NCBI GenBank assembly: GCA_900321105.1
Contig: OOHL01000003.1
Span: forward strand, 17,516-81,515
DNA length: 64,000 bases
Direction of reading: 5' to 3'
Source: an uncultured Pseudomonadota bacterium
GTDB taxonomy: Bacteria; Pseudomonadota; Alphaproteobacteria; Rs-D84
The translations under genes were made by a program, and so were the position numbers. Below are positions 28,362 through 38,763 of the stretch, piece after piece (the first letter of the stretch is position 1; each line of letters opens with the position of its first letter). The notes below the pieces were generated by a model. That model was not told the origin of the DNA and did no database searches. It worked only from the letters and a program-made list of their open reading frames with translations.

Positions 28362-31300
28362 ATGACAAAATTAATAGTTGATGGAAATTGGGCGGCGGCT
28401 GATGTAGCATATCGTTGTGTTGATTGTGCGGCAATTTATCCTATTACCCCCAGCAGCACTATGGGTGAATTGTCTGATGAATGGGCATTTCAGCACAAGA
28501 AAAATATTTGGGGCGTTGTGCCTGAAATAATTGAAATGCAATCCGAAGCAGGTGCCGCAGGTGCGCTGCATGGCGCATTGCAAATGGGTGCGCTGGCTAC
28601 AACATTTACTGCATCCCAGGGTTTGCTTTTGATGATTCCGAATATGTATAAAATTGCTGGCGAACAAACCCCATTTGTTATGCATGTTGCGGCGCGTGCA
28701 TTGGCGACACATGCATTGTCTATATTCGGTGATCATGGTGATGTTATGGCTGTGCGTAATACAGGCTTTGCATTGCTGTCATCGCACAATGTTCAATCTG
28801 CACACGATATGGCGGCGATTGCACATGCGGCAACTTTAAAAAGTCGTGTTCCTTTTTTGCATTTCTTTGATGGATTCCGAACCAGTCACGAAGAATCTGC
28901 GCTGGAAAGAATTGATGATGATGTTTTATGCGAAATGTTGCCTGATGATATTGTGATGGCAAATCGTAAACGCGGTATGTCACCAGACCATCCAACGATT
29001 CGTGGGACCGCACAAAATCCAGATGTTTATTTTCAGGGACGCGAAGCTTCTAATCCGCTTTATGATGCATTGCCAGAAATTGTTCAAAACGAAATGGATA
29101 AATTTGCACGCTTGACCGGTCGTCAATATGGATTGGTTGATTATGTGGGGGATAAAAACGCCAAATATGTAATTGTATCGATGGGGTCTTCGTGTGAAAC
29201 AATTGAAGAAACGCTTGATTATTTACCGCGTGGTGTTGGTCTTGTTCGTGTTCATTTGTTTAATCCATTCCCTGTCGATGCGTTTTTGAAGTCTTTGCCA
29301 AAAACCGTTGAACAAATTGCAGTATTAGACAGAACAAAAGAAGCCGGATCAATCGGTGAACCGCTTTATCAGAACGTGCGCAGTATCGTTGATTCAAAAA
29401 TCAAAGTATTCGGTGGACGCTATGGTTTGGGTTCAAAAGAATTTAAACCACGTGATGTCAAAGCAATTGTTGAATATATGATGCAGGGCAGTTTACACCA
29501 TAATTTCACCGTTGGAATTGATGATGATTTAACACATTTATCATTAACCACAGATAAAACATTTACAATTGAAAATCCGGATGTTCAAACCGCAATTTTA
29601 TATGGTATCGGCAGCGATGGAACCGTTGGTGCGGTTAAAAATATTGTGAAAATTGTTGGTGAAAATTCTGAATTGTATCCACAATCTTATGCTGTTTATG
29701 ATTCAAAAAAATCTGGTGGTATAACACAATCGCATATTCGTTTTTCACCAAATCCAATTAAAAGTGAATATTTGGTGGACAGTGCGGATTTTATTTGTAT
29801 TTCGAATTTTATGATTGCGCAAAGGTTTAATGTGTTTGCATCTTTGCGTGCGGGTGGGACGGTTATGATTAACACATCTATGTCGCCAGATGAAGCATTT
29901 GCAAATCTGCCACGTGAATCCCAGGAACATTTGATTCGTATGCGTGCAAATGTATATTTCTTGGATGCAAACGCGGCGGCAAACGAATTAGGACTGGGGA
30001 ACAGAATAAACACATTTATAATGTTGAATTTCTTTAATTTGACCAAGGTTATCAGTCCGGATACTGCAAAAGATGCGGCAAAGATTGCTATAGAAAAAAC
30101 TTATAAAAAGAAAGGGATGGACGTCGTTCATGCAAACTGGGCGGCGGTGGATGCGGCGGAATCTTATTTGAAAAAATATAATTTACCATCCAGCGTTTCT
30201 GAATTGGCACCTGATTTTATACCGGCAATGACAAAAGACGCGCCGTCTGAAATCGCAGGAACTTTGGGTGAAATGGCTGCGGGTCGTGGCGATGATATTC
30301 CGGTGTCTCGTTTCAAAGTTGATGGAATTTTTGGCGGCGGTCAATATCCTGTTGGGACATCCAAATATGAAAAACGTGCATTGGCAACACGTGTTGCAGA
30401 GTGTGATTTAGATAAATGTATTCAGTGCGGAAAATGTTCAATGCTTTGCCCACATGGTGCAATCCGTATCAAAGTTATGGGACAAAACGAAATGGAAGCC
30501 GCACGCAATGCAGGTATCACAGTGGTTCCAATGAAAACACCTGAATTAGGTGGTGGGTTATTTTATACGCTGAATATTTCGCCATCTGATTGTACAGGAT
30601 GCGGTTTGTGTATGAAGAATTGTCCGGTTGGGGCTTTGTCTTTGATACCAATGAGTGACGGAATCAAAAATCAGAAAACATTTGATGCAGCGTTAAATAT
30701 TCCAGATTTTGATAAACAAAAATTAAATCTGAATATTCCAAAACATGTTGAATTATTGCCACATTATTTTGAATTTCCTGGTGCATGCGCTGGGTGTGGC
30801 GAAACACCTTATGTTCGTTTAATGTCACAATTGTTTGGTGATAAAATGGTTATTGCAAATGCCACAGGTTGTTCTTCGATTTATGGTGGAAATTTACCAA
30901 CAACGCCATGGACTTGTGATGCGAATGGTCGTGGCCCAGCATGGTCTAATTCATTATTTGAAGATAACGCCGAATATGGTTTGGGAATGCGTATTGCGTT
31001 AAATCAAAGAAAGTCTGCTTTGCGTTCTGTCCTTTTTGAACTAGGATTGGAAAATGTAGAACAAATGATGGCAGCAACCGGAACAGAAAATCAACGTGAA
31101 TTGCAAAATAATTTGCGTGTTCAATTATCGTCAATTGATAATCCGCGTGCACGATATGCGGAAAGTTTATTGGATGCCATTGTTGATAAATCTGTATGGA
31201 TTGTTGGAGGTGATGGTTGGGCTTACGATATTGGATACGGCGGTGTCGATCATATTTTACACAGTGGCGAAAATGTAAATATTTTGGTTTTGGATACCGA

Positions 31301-31859
31301 AGGTTATTCAAATACCGGTGGTCAGCAATCTAAATCCACACCGTTTGGTGCATCTATGAAGTTCGCGATTGGTGGCAAAGAACATGCAAAAAAAGATTTG
31401 GGATTGATTGCGATGATGTCGGGCGCATATGTTGCGCAAATTGCATTAGGTGCAAATCAGGCACAGGCTGTGCGTGCTTTCCGTGAAGCAGAAGCTTTCA
31501 ACGGACCATCAATTATTTTGGCATATGCGCCATGTATTGCACATGGGTTTGCATTGCAAAATGGTGTTGAACACCAAATCAATTTGGTAAATACTGGTGC
31601 ATGGCCACTTTACAGATTTAATCCATCTGTCATTGAAAGCGGTCAAAATCCATTAACCTTGGATTCACGTGTTGATACACCATTCCCGTTGGAAGAATTT
31701 ATGAAATCAGAAACACGATTCGCAGCGGCACGTTCAATCAATCCGCATTTTGATAAATTGGTCGAAGAAGCCAAGGCAAATAATTTATATAAAACAGAAC
31801 TGAAACAGCATATTGCAAATTTCACTGTTCAAAAGAACAAAGACAATGGGGAAGGCTAA
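28362..31859 (+). CDS. nifJ: Pyruvate:ferredoxin/flavodoxin oxidoreductase
   Basis: YPITPS, MQSEAGAAG, GSDGTVGA, two CxxCxxCxxxC clusters, GACAGCGE, GGDGWAYDIG, YSNTGGQ. Confidence 0.96.
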   Translation: MTKLIVDGNWAAADVAYRCVDCAAIYPITPSSTMGELSDEWAFQHKKNIWGVVPEIIEMQSEAGAAGALHGALQMGALATTFTASQGLLLMIPNMYKIAGEQTPFVMHVAARALATHALSIFGDHGDVMAVRNTGFALLSSHNVQSAHDMAAIAHAATLKSRVPFLHFFDGFRTSHEESALERIDDDVLCEMLPDDIVMANRKRGMSPDHPTIRGTAQNPDVYFQGREASNPLYDALPEIVQNEMDKFARLTGRQYGLVDYVGDKNAKYVIVSMGSSCETIEETLDYLPRGVGLVRVHLFNPFPVDAFLKSLPKTVEQIAVLDRTKEAGSIGEPLYQNVRSIVDSKIKVFGGRYGLGSKEFKPRDVKAIVEYMMQGSLHHNFTVGIDDDLTHLSLTTDKTFTIENPDVQTAILYGIGSDGTVGAVKNIVKIVGENSELYPQSYAVYDSKKSGGITQSHIRFSPNPIKSEYLVDSADFICISNFMIAQRFNVFASLRAGGTVMINTSMSPDEAFANLPRESQEHLIRMRANVYFLDANAAANELGLGNRINTFIMLNFFNLTKVISPDTAKDAAKIAIEKTYKKKGMDVVHANWAAVDAAESYLKKYNLPSSVSELAPDFIPAMTKDAPSEIAGTLGEMAAGRGDDIPVSRFKVDGIFGGGQYPVGTSKYEKRALATRVAECDLDKCIQCGKCSMLCPHGAIRIKVMGQNEMEAARNAGITVVPMKTPELGGGLFYTLNISPSDCTGCGLCMKNCPVGALSLIPMSDGIKNQKTFDAALNIPDFDKQKLNLNIPKHVELLPHYFEFPGACAGCGETPYVRLMSQLFGDKMVIANATGCSSIYGGNLPTTPWTCDANGRGPAWSNSLFEDNAEYGLGMRIALNQRKSALRSVLFELGLENVEQMMAATGTENQRELQNNLRVQLSSIDNPRARYAESLLDAIVDKSVWIVGGDGWAYDIGYGGVDHILHSGENVNILVLDTEGYSNTGGQQSKSTPFGASMKFAIGGKEHAKKDLGLIAMMSGAYVAQIALGANQAQAVRAFREAEAFNGPSIILAYAPCIAHGFALQNGVEHQINLVNTGAWPLYRFNPSVIESGQNPLTLDSRVDTPFPLEEFMKSETRFAAARSINPHFDKLVEEAKANNLYKTELKQHIANFTVQKNKDNGEG

Positions 31860-31860
31860 G

Positions 31861-32289
31861 ATGAAAAAATTATTTATTATTTTAATGTTGGTATTATCGG
31901 CGTGCACATTTCAGACGAAACATCGTGGCTATGTTTTTCCAGATGATTTGGAAACGCGTGTGGCAAACATAAAAACAACCGCACAATTACAAGATGAAAT
32001 TGGCGACCCGCAAACACGCACAATCTATGGAGATGAAGTATGGGTTTATTACAGCGCTGATGAAAATATGCGCGGGCCTTTACCACAGACATACGACAAC
32101 AAAACTGTTCTTTTGGCGTGGGTAAAAAATGGTCGTGTCTTGAAAACCCAGGTTTTGCACGATGACGATTTGAAAGATATCAAATTGGCAGAAGGCGAAA
32201 CAGAAATCCCAGCGGCAATTGAATTGAACGCTTTAGAAGAAATGTTTAATAATATCGGGCGTTTTTCACCAGCGGGACTGGGACAATAA
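31861..32289 (+). CDS. bamE: Outer-membrane assembly lipoprotein BamE/SmpA-like
   Basis: Lipobox LSAC, HRGY, IGDP, WVYYS. Confidence 0.75.
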   Translation: MKKLFIILMLVLSACTFQTKHRGYVFPDDLETRVANIKTTAQLQDEIGDPQTRTIYGDEVWVYYSADENMRGPLPQTYDNKTVLLAWVKNGRVLKTQVLHDDDLKDIKLAEGETEIPAAIELNALEEMFNNIGRFSPAGLGQ

Positions 32290-32376
32290 TTTTTTAGTGC
32301 AAACAATTGTTTTTTCACAATTTTGTGTTATAATACCACTATCAGAGTGAATGGCAAACGCAAAGGTGTGTCAAAA

Positions 32377-32943
32377 ATGCCGACAAAAAAATTAGAATTT
32401 AAATCTGGACAATACGTCGTTTATCCAACCCAGGGTGTTGGTAAATTATTGCGTGTAGAAGAACAAACAATCGGCGATCAAAAGATAAAAATGCTGGTTA
32501 TAGATTTCGAAAGAAATCATATGACTTTGCGTGTTCCGTTGGAAAGGGCTGAAATTTCTGGTCTGCGTCCATTAAGCAGCGCCAAGAAAATGGACGAAGC
32601 AATTGCTGCCGCAAAGGGTAAAGCCGGCGCAAAACGTATGATTTGGGCGCGTCGCGCGGCACAATACGAAGACAACATAAATTCTGGCGATCCAATGAAA
32701 TTGGCCGAGGTTGTTCGTGATCTGCAACGCAGAAGCGCAACTGACACTATGACTTTTTCTGCGCGTCAATTATATTTGCGTGCATTGGAACGTATGGCAC
32801 AAGAATTTGCCGTTTTACATAAAATGGATTTAGAGGCTGCGTCTGATAAAATTGAAGATATTTTGGGTGTACCAAAAGAAATAGATTTAAATGCGGTTGA
32901 TGAAGATGATGAAATTGATACAGACGAATCGGATGAAGAATAA
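32377..32943 (+). CDS. carD: CarD/CdnL family transcription factor
   Basis: F..G.YVVYP.QGVG, LRVP, GLR, W.RR..YE..INSGD..LAEVVRDL. Confidence 0.92.
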   Translation: MPTKKLEFKSGQYVVYPTQGVGKLLRVEEQTIGDQKIKMLVIDFERNHMTLRVPLERAEISGLRPLSSAKKMDEAIAAAKGKAGAKRMIWARRAAQYEDNINSGDPMKLAEVVRDLQRRSATDTMTFSARQLYLRALERMAQEFAVLHKMDLEAASDKIEDILGVPKEIDLNAVDEDDEIDTDESDEE

Positions 32944-32949
32944 CTAGTT

Positions 32950-32980
32950 GCGGCGCAGATTTTATGCGCCGTGTTTTTTT
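32950..32980 (+). terminator. Intrinsic terminator
   Basis: GCGGCGCA...TGCGCCGT followed by a T tract. Confidence 0.7.
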
Positions 32981-33039
32981 CTTGTATTTATCAAATTTTT
33001 CCGCAATCATTTATTCATAGACTAACAAAGGAAGTAATC

Positions 33040-33483
33040 ATGGCAGGAAGTATAAATAAAGTAATATTGGTTGGTAATATCGGTCAAGAACCTCAGGTTC
33101 GCACTATGCAATCTGGACAAAAGGTGGTAAGTTTTTCGCTGGCCACATCGGACAGATGGCGTGACCGCCAAACCGGTGAACAGAAAGAACAAACAGAATG
33201 GCATCGTGTTGTTATATTTAATCCGTCACTTGTAGATGTTGCAGAACGCATGTTGCAAAAGGGCACAAAATTATATTTGGAAGGTTCTTTGCGTACACGC
33301 AAATGGCAAAACCAACAGGGTGTTGATACATTTACAACAGAAGTTGTCTTGAATCCATATTCTGGCACAATGGTAATCTTGTCTGGTGCAAAAGCAATGG
33401 ATGGTTCATCTGAATCAGCACCTGCATCTGCACCACGCGAAGAAGTTAATATCGAAGATATCGCAGACGATATTCCATTTTAA
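33040..33483 (+). CDS. ssb: Single-stranded DNA-binding protein
   Basis: [29 protein letters not shown]-terminal DDIPF. Confidence 0.97.
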   Translation: MAGSINKVILVGNIGQEPQVRTMQSGQKVVSFSLATSDRWRDRQTGEQKEQTEWHRVVIFNPSLVDVAERMLQKGTKLYLEGSLRTRKWQNQQGVDTFTTEVVLNPYSGTMVILSGAKAMDGSSESAPASAPREEVNIEDIADDIPF

Positions 33484-33497
33484 TAAAAAATAAATTT

Positions 33498-33528
33498 AAA
33501 AAAAACCGCCCGATTGGGCGGTTTTTTT
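33498..33528. terminator. Bidirectional intrinsic terminator
   Basis: A-tract, CCGCCC-gatt-GGGCGG, T-tract. Confidence 0.8.
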
Positions 33529-34765
33529 ATGATAATTTATGAATTACCAAACCACTGCGCAACTTTGGTTCAAACCAAGTTGTCTTTGGTGGCATAATGT
33601 TGCCTGTATCTGCAATATCAATTATTTGACGCATTGTGACCGGATACAGTGCAAATGCAACCGCCATTTCACCAGAATCAACGCGTTTTTGCAATTCACC
33701 CAGTCCGCGAATTCCACCAACGAAGTCAATTCGTTTTGATGTGCGCAAATCGCCCAAATTCAATATTTTATCAAATACCAAATTGGATAATACGGTCACA
33801 TCCAATACACCAATTGGGTCGTTGTCATTATATGTGCCTGGTTTTGCGGTTAACGAATACCATTTTCCGCCCAGGTACATTGCAAAGTTATGCAATTTAT
33901 TTGGATGATATATTTCCGAACCCATTTCGACTACGTCAAAAGATTCACTTAATTTTGCCAAAAATTCAGATTCGCTTAATCCGTTCAAATCTTTGACAAC
34001 GCGGTTATAGTCAATAACGTGCAATTGTGATTCTGGGAATATTACCGCCAAGAAATAATTGTATTCTTCATTTCCTGTGTGATTTGGATTTTGTTCGCGC
34101 TTTTCAATTCCAACACGTGCAGCCGCAGCAGTGCGGTGATGTCCGTCTGCAACATAGAATGCCGGAACATTTGCGAATATTTCTGTGATGTGTGCGTTAA
34201 CATTATCATCGTCAATTTTCCAGAAAGTATGTCCAAAACCATCTGGTGCAACAAAGTCATATTCTGGTTCGTGATTTGCAATCCAATCAGACACTAATTT
34301 GTTCATTTCATCAACATCAGGATATGCAAAAAACACAGGTTCCAAATTCGCATTTTGAATACGAACGTGAATCATGCGATCGTCTTCTTTTTCTTTGCGT
34401 GTTAATTCGTGTTTTTTAATTTTGCCAGTCATATAATCATCAACATTTGCTGCGGCAACCAGACCATATTGTGTGCGGCCATCCATGGTTTGTGCATATA
34501 TGTAATACATTTCTTTGGTGTCTTGTTTCAACCAACCACGTTCTTGCCACAATTTGAAATTTTCAACTGCTTTATCATAAGTTTTCTGTTCGTGTTCATC
34601 GGCGATTGGGTCAAAATCAATTTCTGGTTTAATAATGTGTAAAAGAGATTTTTCACCGGCCTCGGCTTTTGCTTCCACAGAATTCAGAACATCATATGGA
34701 CGCGAAGCAACTTCGCTGGCAATTTCTTTTGGTGGGCGAACCCCCGCAAATGGTTTTATTTTCAT
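33527..34765 (-). CDS. DUF1015 family protein
   Basis: PYDV, IKKHELT, YVADGHHR, MPPKTTWFEPKLRSGL signature motifs. Confidence 0.9.
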   Translation of the reverse strand: MKIKPFAGVRPPKEIASEVASRPYDVLNSVEAKAEAGEKSLLHIIKPEIDFDPIADEHEQKTYDKAVENFKLWQERGWLKQDTKEMYYIYAQTMDGRTQYGLVAAANVDDYMTGKIKKHELTRKEKEDDRMIHVRIQNANLEPVFFAYPDVDEMNKLVSDWIANHEPEYDFVAPDGFGHTFWKIDDDNVNAHITEIFANVPAFYVADGHHRTAAAARVGIEKREQNPNHTGNEEYNYFLAVIFPESQLHVIDYNRVVKDLNGLSESEFLAKLSESFDVVEMGSEIYHPNKLHNFAMYLGGKWYSLTAKPGTYNDNDPIGVLDVTVLSNLVFDKILNLGDLRTSKRIDFVGGIRGLGELQKRVDSGEMAVAFALYPVTMRQIIDIADTGNIMPPKTTWFEPKLRSGLVIHKLS

Positions 34766-34932
34766 AATGTTTCCTTTTTTTGTTTTTTACAGACGTGGCG
34801 ATTATATCACAAAAAAAATTCTTTTCCATATTTGTTGACTAAAGATAATAAGATATCATAAAAAAAAGCTTTTTTATTCTGCTGTTTTATGATAGAATTG
34901 TCGTGTAAATAAAATAAAGGAAAGAGGGGGAA

Positions 34933-35841
34933 ATGCGAAAAATATGTTTAACCACGCTGTGTTTGGGGTTGATGCCAACATTTTCTGTGTGGGCAGTTGA
35001 TTTGAATACAGCGATTTTAAATGCAAGAACCGCATGTTCTGGTATTTCGGATTCTATGAATGATATGAAAGTAAAAGCCGGTATAAATACTGCGGTGACT
35101 GCCGTTGGAACTGTTTCTGGTGGTGTTGCACTTGGAACTGGTATTGCAAAGGTAAATGTCGACAAAGAAATAGATTTATTGTTGGCTTTGGATAAATCCC
35201 CCGCTTCACAAGAACGTGATTCTAATGAAATACAATTAACAGATGCGGATTATACCGAATTATTAACATTGAATCCAAATGCTGACAAAATATCCGAATT
35301 GGAACAAAAATCGAAAACATTGGGTAATATCAGAACTGGAACTTTGGCTGCGTCAACGGCAACAAACATTGTTGGAACTGCGTTGGCGGCTACCAATAAA
35401 GTAAGTGAAGATTTGGAATTAAATATAAATAAATGTATATCTGCGACCAAAGAATTATCAAATGCTAAATTGGCGGCAAAAATGGAAGGAACTGCGACTG
35501 ATTCAGAAATGATAATTGCAGACAGAATAATAAATGCATGTCGTGACTATGAATATGTTGATTTAAAACCGATTAATAAACGTGCAACTGGTGCGGCAGT
35601 ATCGTCTGGTATTGGCCTTGGAACTGGGGTTGTTGGAACAATAACCAGCGCGGTGGCGAATACAGAAGCTACACGCGCAGGTGATGCCAAGAAAGAAAAA
35701 GATTTAAATACAACAGCAAATGTGATGGCGGGCGCATCAACAGGCGCATCTGCTGTCGCGACAATATTTAATGCAACACAAATAGCGGCGATAAAGAAAG
35801 TAGTTATGGTAGCCGATGTCTGCGAGGGGGCGCTGGAATAA
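34933..35841 (+). CDS. Secreted protein with four Gly/Ala/Thr-rich hydrophobic helices in an internal two-fold repeat
   Basis: Signal peptide; four mature Cys bracketing two hydrophobic helix pairs; GAGGGG SD. Confidence 0.85.
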   Translation: MRKICLTTLCLGLMPTFSVWAVDLNTAILNARTACSGISDSMNDMKVKAGINTAVTAVGTVSGGVALGTGIAKVNVDKEIDLLLALDKSPASQERDSNEIQLTDADYTELLTLNPNADKISELEQKSKTLGNIRTGTLAASTATNIVGTALAATNKVSEDLELNINKCISATKELSNAKLAAKMEGTATDSEMIIADRIINACRDYEYVDLKPINKRATGAAVSSGIGLGTGVVGTITSAVANTEATRAGDAKKEKDLNTTANVMAGASTGASAVATIFNATQIAAIKKVVMVADVCEGALE

Positions 35842-37808
35842 TGAAAAAATATAGCATATTTGCATTGTGTGGATGTATGGCGATAAATGGTGTTTTTGCC
35901 GATGCCTTGAATTCGCAATTAAATCCAAAGGCTGTTCGCAAGGTGGTTTCATCGTTTGCAACGGCGGTGGCGTCTGGCGCGGATGCAAAAAATACAGTTG
36001 GTTATGAATCTATAAAAAAATGTTTGCTGAAATATGTATCAAAGGATGGGAAGTTTGACACAAATATCACAGTTAAACAATTCGGTTCTTGTTGTATGCA
36101 GGGTTTTCAAGGTCCAGAAATGTGTAAAAAAATGATAGAAGATGTCGTTTTTGAACACAACATGCTGGCTGGAAAAATGCGCCCGGTTCCGACATTGTGT
36201 ACACCAGAAGATTTGAATAATATGAAATTGGCCAATGCTGGTCATTATATTTATGTAAATGGTGTAAAAAAATGTGCAGCAACATCATGTATGCATGGGG
36301 CATATTTAGCGCGTTCCATACAAAAAAATCGTTATGGTCAATCAGATGGTTATTGCTTAAAAGGTGATGATCCATGGATTATCGGCCAAGATGGAAAGTT
36401 TGTGTTAAAATCTGATGTTAAAGAAACAGAAACTCCTGATGACAAACAATCACAAGAGCAACAATCACAAGAACAACAATCACAAGAACAACAATCACAA
36501 GAACAACAATCACAAGAACAACAATCACAAGAACAACAATCACAAGAACAACAATCACAAGAACAAGATGCTGAAGTTGTTGGTGATATTTTTGCGCCAA
36601 ATCCAATTATGTTGATATCTTTCTATAATCAATATTGTGTTGATGGTACTGGTAATTTAATATGTACAAAGAAAGGCAATGTGATAAGTTCTGCTTTGAA
36701 ATGTACAACTAAACCGGCTGTTGATACAACTAAAATTATGATAGATGCGAATGCTGTATGTAATGGAACATTTGTTGCATCTGGTAATAATGTTGCCACA
36801 TCTAATGAAAATGCGGCGGCTGTGGATGCAAATGCTGCGACAGCACAAGATGCGCAACAACAACCTGTTATTCAACCTGAACAGGAACAATTGGCGACTT
36901 TGAATTCTGGAAATACTGGTTTTCAGGTTGCGACCGTAAGTGCAGACGGCATAATTCCTGCTGCAGTAAATACTCCTGAAATGACCCGCGAAGAAGCTTT
37001 AAGGGCTGCTAATGAAAGTATTGCTGATAATGCCGAAAGTCAAATAGCTGAAGCGAAAACACGTTCTGAAAAAACCCAAGCGAAATTGGATGCTTTAAAA
37101 GCACAGCAAAGCCTGACTCAAGATTATATTGATGCAGAAAGCGATTATGACATCAGTGACGTTAATGCTGCGATAGAACACGCACAAAATGTCAAAGACG
37201 CTCAAAAAGATATGGCAAAGTTGCAACGCAAAGAAGAACGCCTTAACAGTAAATTGGAACGCCAAAAGAAACAAGAGGACGATTGTGCTGCGAAACACGG
37301 AACATTAAAAGCAGGTTCTTGTTGGTGTGACGATTTGATTTTGACTGGTAATATGGATTGTGCAGAAATCAAGGCAAAACAACAGGCGCGTCAAGATAAA
37401 CGTGATGCAAAGAAAGAAACCAAAGCATTAGAAAAAGAAAAATCTGATTTGGAAAAACAGATAAAGAATTATGAATCCCAAATCAAGAAATTACAAGATG
37501 CTGCAAAGGCTGATTCTGATAAGTTAAAAGCAAAACGTTCTGAATTGTCGGAATTAGATACATCTATTGATACCTTGACTCAAGAAGCCAAAAGATTGCG
37601 TGACAAGCAAGATAGTTTGGCTGTGAATAAATTGCAAGAATTGCAGAAACAGCAAGATAAACGTCCAGGGCTTGCACAACAGGTTGCAGATCTTGAATCA
37701 AAAATTGCTGACAGTGACACAGAATCTAAGGTAAAAGATTTATTAGACAAGATTCAACAAAATAAAAGTCGAATCGCAGAGATAGATTCTGAATTATCCG
37801 AAAAATAA
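35841..37808 (+). CDS. Secreted protein with Cys-rich modules, QQSQE tandem repeat and long C-terminal coiled coil
   Basis: Signal peptide; start overlaps the upstream stop (TAATG); heptad-rich C-terminal half. Confidence 0.85.
   Translation: MKKYSIFALCGCMAINGVFADALNSQLNPKAVRKVVSSFATAVASGADAKNTVGYESIKKCLLKYVSKDGKFDTNITVKQFGSCCMQGFQGPEMCKKMIEDVVFEHNMLAGKMRPVPTLCTPEDLNNMKLANAGHYIYVNGVKKCAATSCMHGAYLARSIQKNRYGQSDGYCLKGDDPWIIGQDGKFVLKSDVKETETPDDKQSQEQQSQEQQSQEQQSQEQQSQEQQSQEQQSQEQQSQEQDAEVVGDIFAPNPIMLISFYNQYCVDGTGNLICTKKGNVISSALKCTTKPAVDTTKIMIDANAVCNGTFVASGNNVATSNENAAAVDANAATAQDAQQQPVIQPEQEQLATLNSGNTGFQVATVSADGIIPAAVNTPEMTREEALRAANESIADNAESQIAEAKTRSEKTQAKLDALKAQQSLTQDYIDAESDYDISDVNAAIEHAQNVKDAQKDMAKLQRKEERLNSKLERQKKQEDDCAAKHGTLKAGSCWCDDLILTGNMDCAEIKAKQQARQDKRDAKKETKALEKEKSDLEKQIKNYESQIKKLQDAAKADSDKLKAKRSELSELDTSIDTLTQEAKRLRDKQDSLAVNKLQELQKQQDKRPGLAQQVADLESKIADSDTESKVKDLLDKIQQNKSRIAEIDSELSEK
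36444..36563 (+). repeat. In-frame 15-bp tandem repeat x8 (CAACAATCACAAGAA, encoding QQSQE)
   Basis: Seven perfect copies plus one variant read directly from the sequence. Confidence 0.95.
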
Positions 37809-37834
37809 AAAGCGGGGCGTTGCCCCGTTTTTTT
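37807..37834 (+). terminator. Intrinsic terminator
   Basis: GCGGGGC-gtt-GCCCCGT followed by a T tract. Confidence 0.8.
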
Positions 37835-37872
37835 GTTTTGACGAATTTCTTTTTAAATGCAAAAATAATGGC

Positions 37873-38604
37873 ATGAAAAAAATTCTAATATTTCTTGTGT
37901 TGGTTTTATATGCGTGTGCTGGGAAAAATTGGATGGCGCCAAATGATTTTGTTTATGTGCCAATCAAGACAGATAATTATGAAATCGCAACATGGCAAAA
38001 GATAGAAAATCCAACAAACAACCATATCCATATTTATATCGAAGGTGACGGATATGCGTTTAATGCCTATGGCCAGCCAACATCCAATCCGACCCCGCAT
38101 GGAACTTTTATGCGTGATTTGGCAACGCATGATAATTTTGATAATGTTGTTTATGTTGCACGTCCCTGTCAATTTATTATGTCGGACGCGTGTTCTGAAA
38201 ACGATTGGACCACGGGACGATTTTCACAAAGAATCATAGATGCGCAAAGCAGGGCTATAAAACAAATCGCAAAGAATAAAAAAATAACTTTGATTGGATA
38301 TTCGGGTGGGGCATTGGTTTCTGGATTGATTATTGAACAACATCCTGAATTAAATATTGAAAAATGGATAACAATTGCGGGTGTTTTGAATCATGAAAAA
38401 TGGACAACATATTTTGGTGATGCGCCATTAACAGAATCTGTAAATCTTGAACAATTACCAAATGTAAATCAGTTGCATTTTGTCGGCGGAAAAGATTCTG
38501 TGGTTCCATATGAATTAGCAAAAACATGGGCAAATGAAAAAGATATAAAAATAATTCCCAACGCCGAACATACAAACTTTGGTAATTTGAATTTGTTCAA
38601 ATAG
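37873..38604 (+). CDS. Alpha/beta-hydrolase lipoprotein
   Basis: Lipobox-like LYAC, IYIEGDG, RPCQF, nucleophile GYSGG, D.VVP, terminal His. Confidence 0.85.
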   Translation: MKKILIFLVLVLYACAGKNWMAPNDFVYVPIKTDNYEIATWQKIENPTNNHIHIYIEGDGYAFNAYGQPTSNPTPHGTFMRDLATHDNFDNVVYVARPCQFIMSDACSENDWTTGRFSQRIIDAQSRAIKQIAKNKKITLIGYSGGALVSGLIIEQHPELNIEKWITIAGVLNHEKWTTYFGDAPLTESVNLEQLPNVNQLHFVGGKDSVVPYELAKTWANEKDIKIIPNAEHTNFGNLNLFK

Positions 38605-38710
38605 TTTCAAAAATCAGGGAAAAATTGGTTGTGCTGTCTGTGCAATTCGCGAGCCGATTTGATCGAAATTGGAAAAGTGATATATAAATTAAACCTAACT
38701 AATTTATATT

Positions 38711-38740
38711 AAAAAAACATCGTCAAAAATGACGATGTTT
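38711..38740. terminator. Intrinsic terminator between convergent genes
   Basis: AAACATCGTC-aaaaat-GACGATGTTT with an upstream A tract. Confidence 0.7.
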
Positions 38741-38763
38741 CGTAATATTTGTTAATACACTTA

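Noticed and set aside
36415-36615. KNNNH and VIVVL repeat ORFs
   Set aside because: Alternative-frame readings of the 15-bp tandem repeat inside the 655-aa gene.
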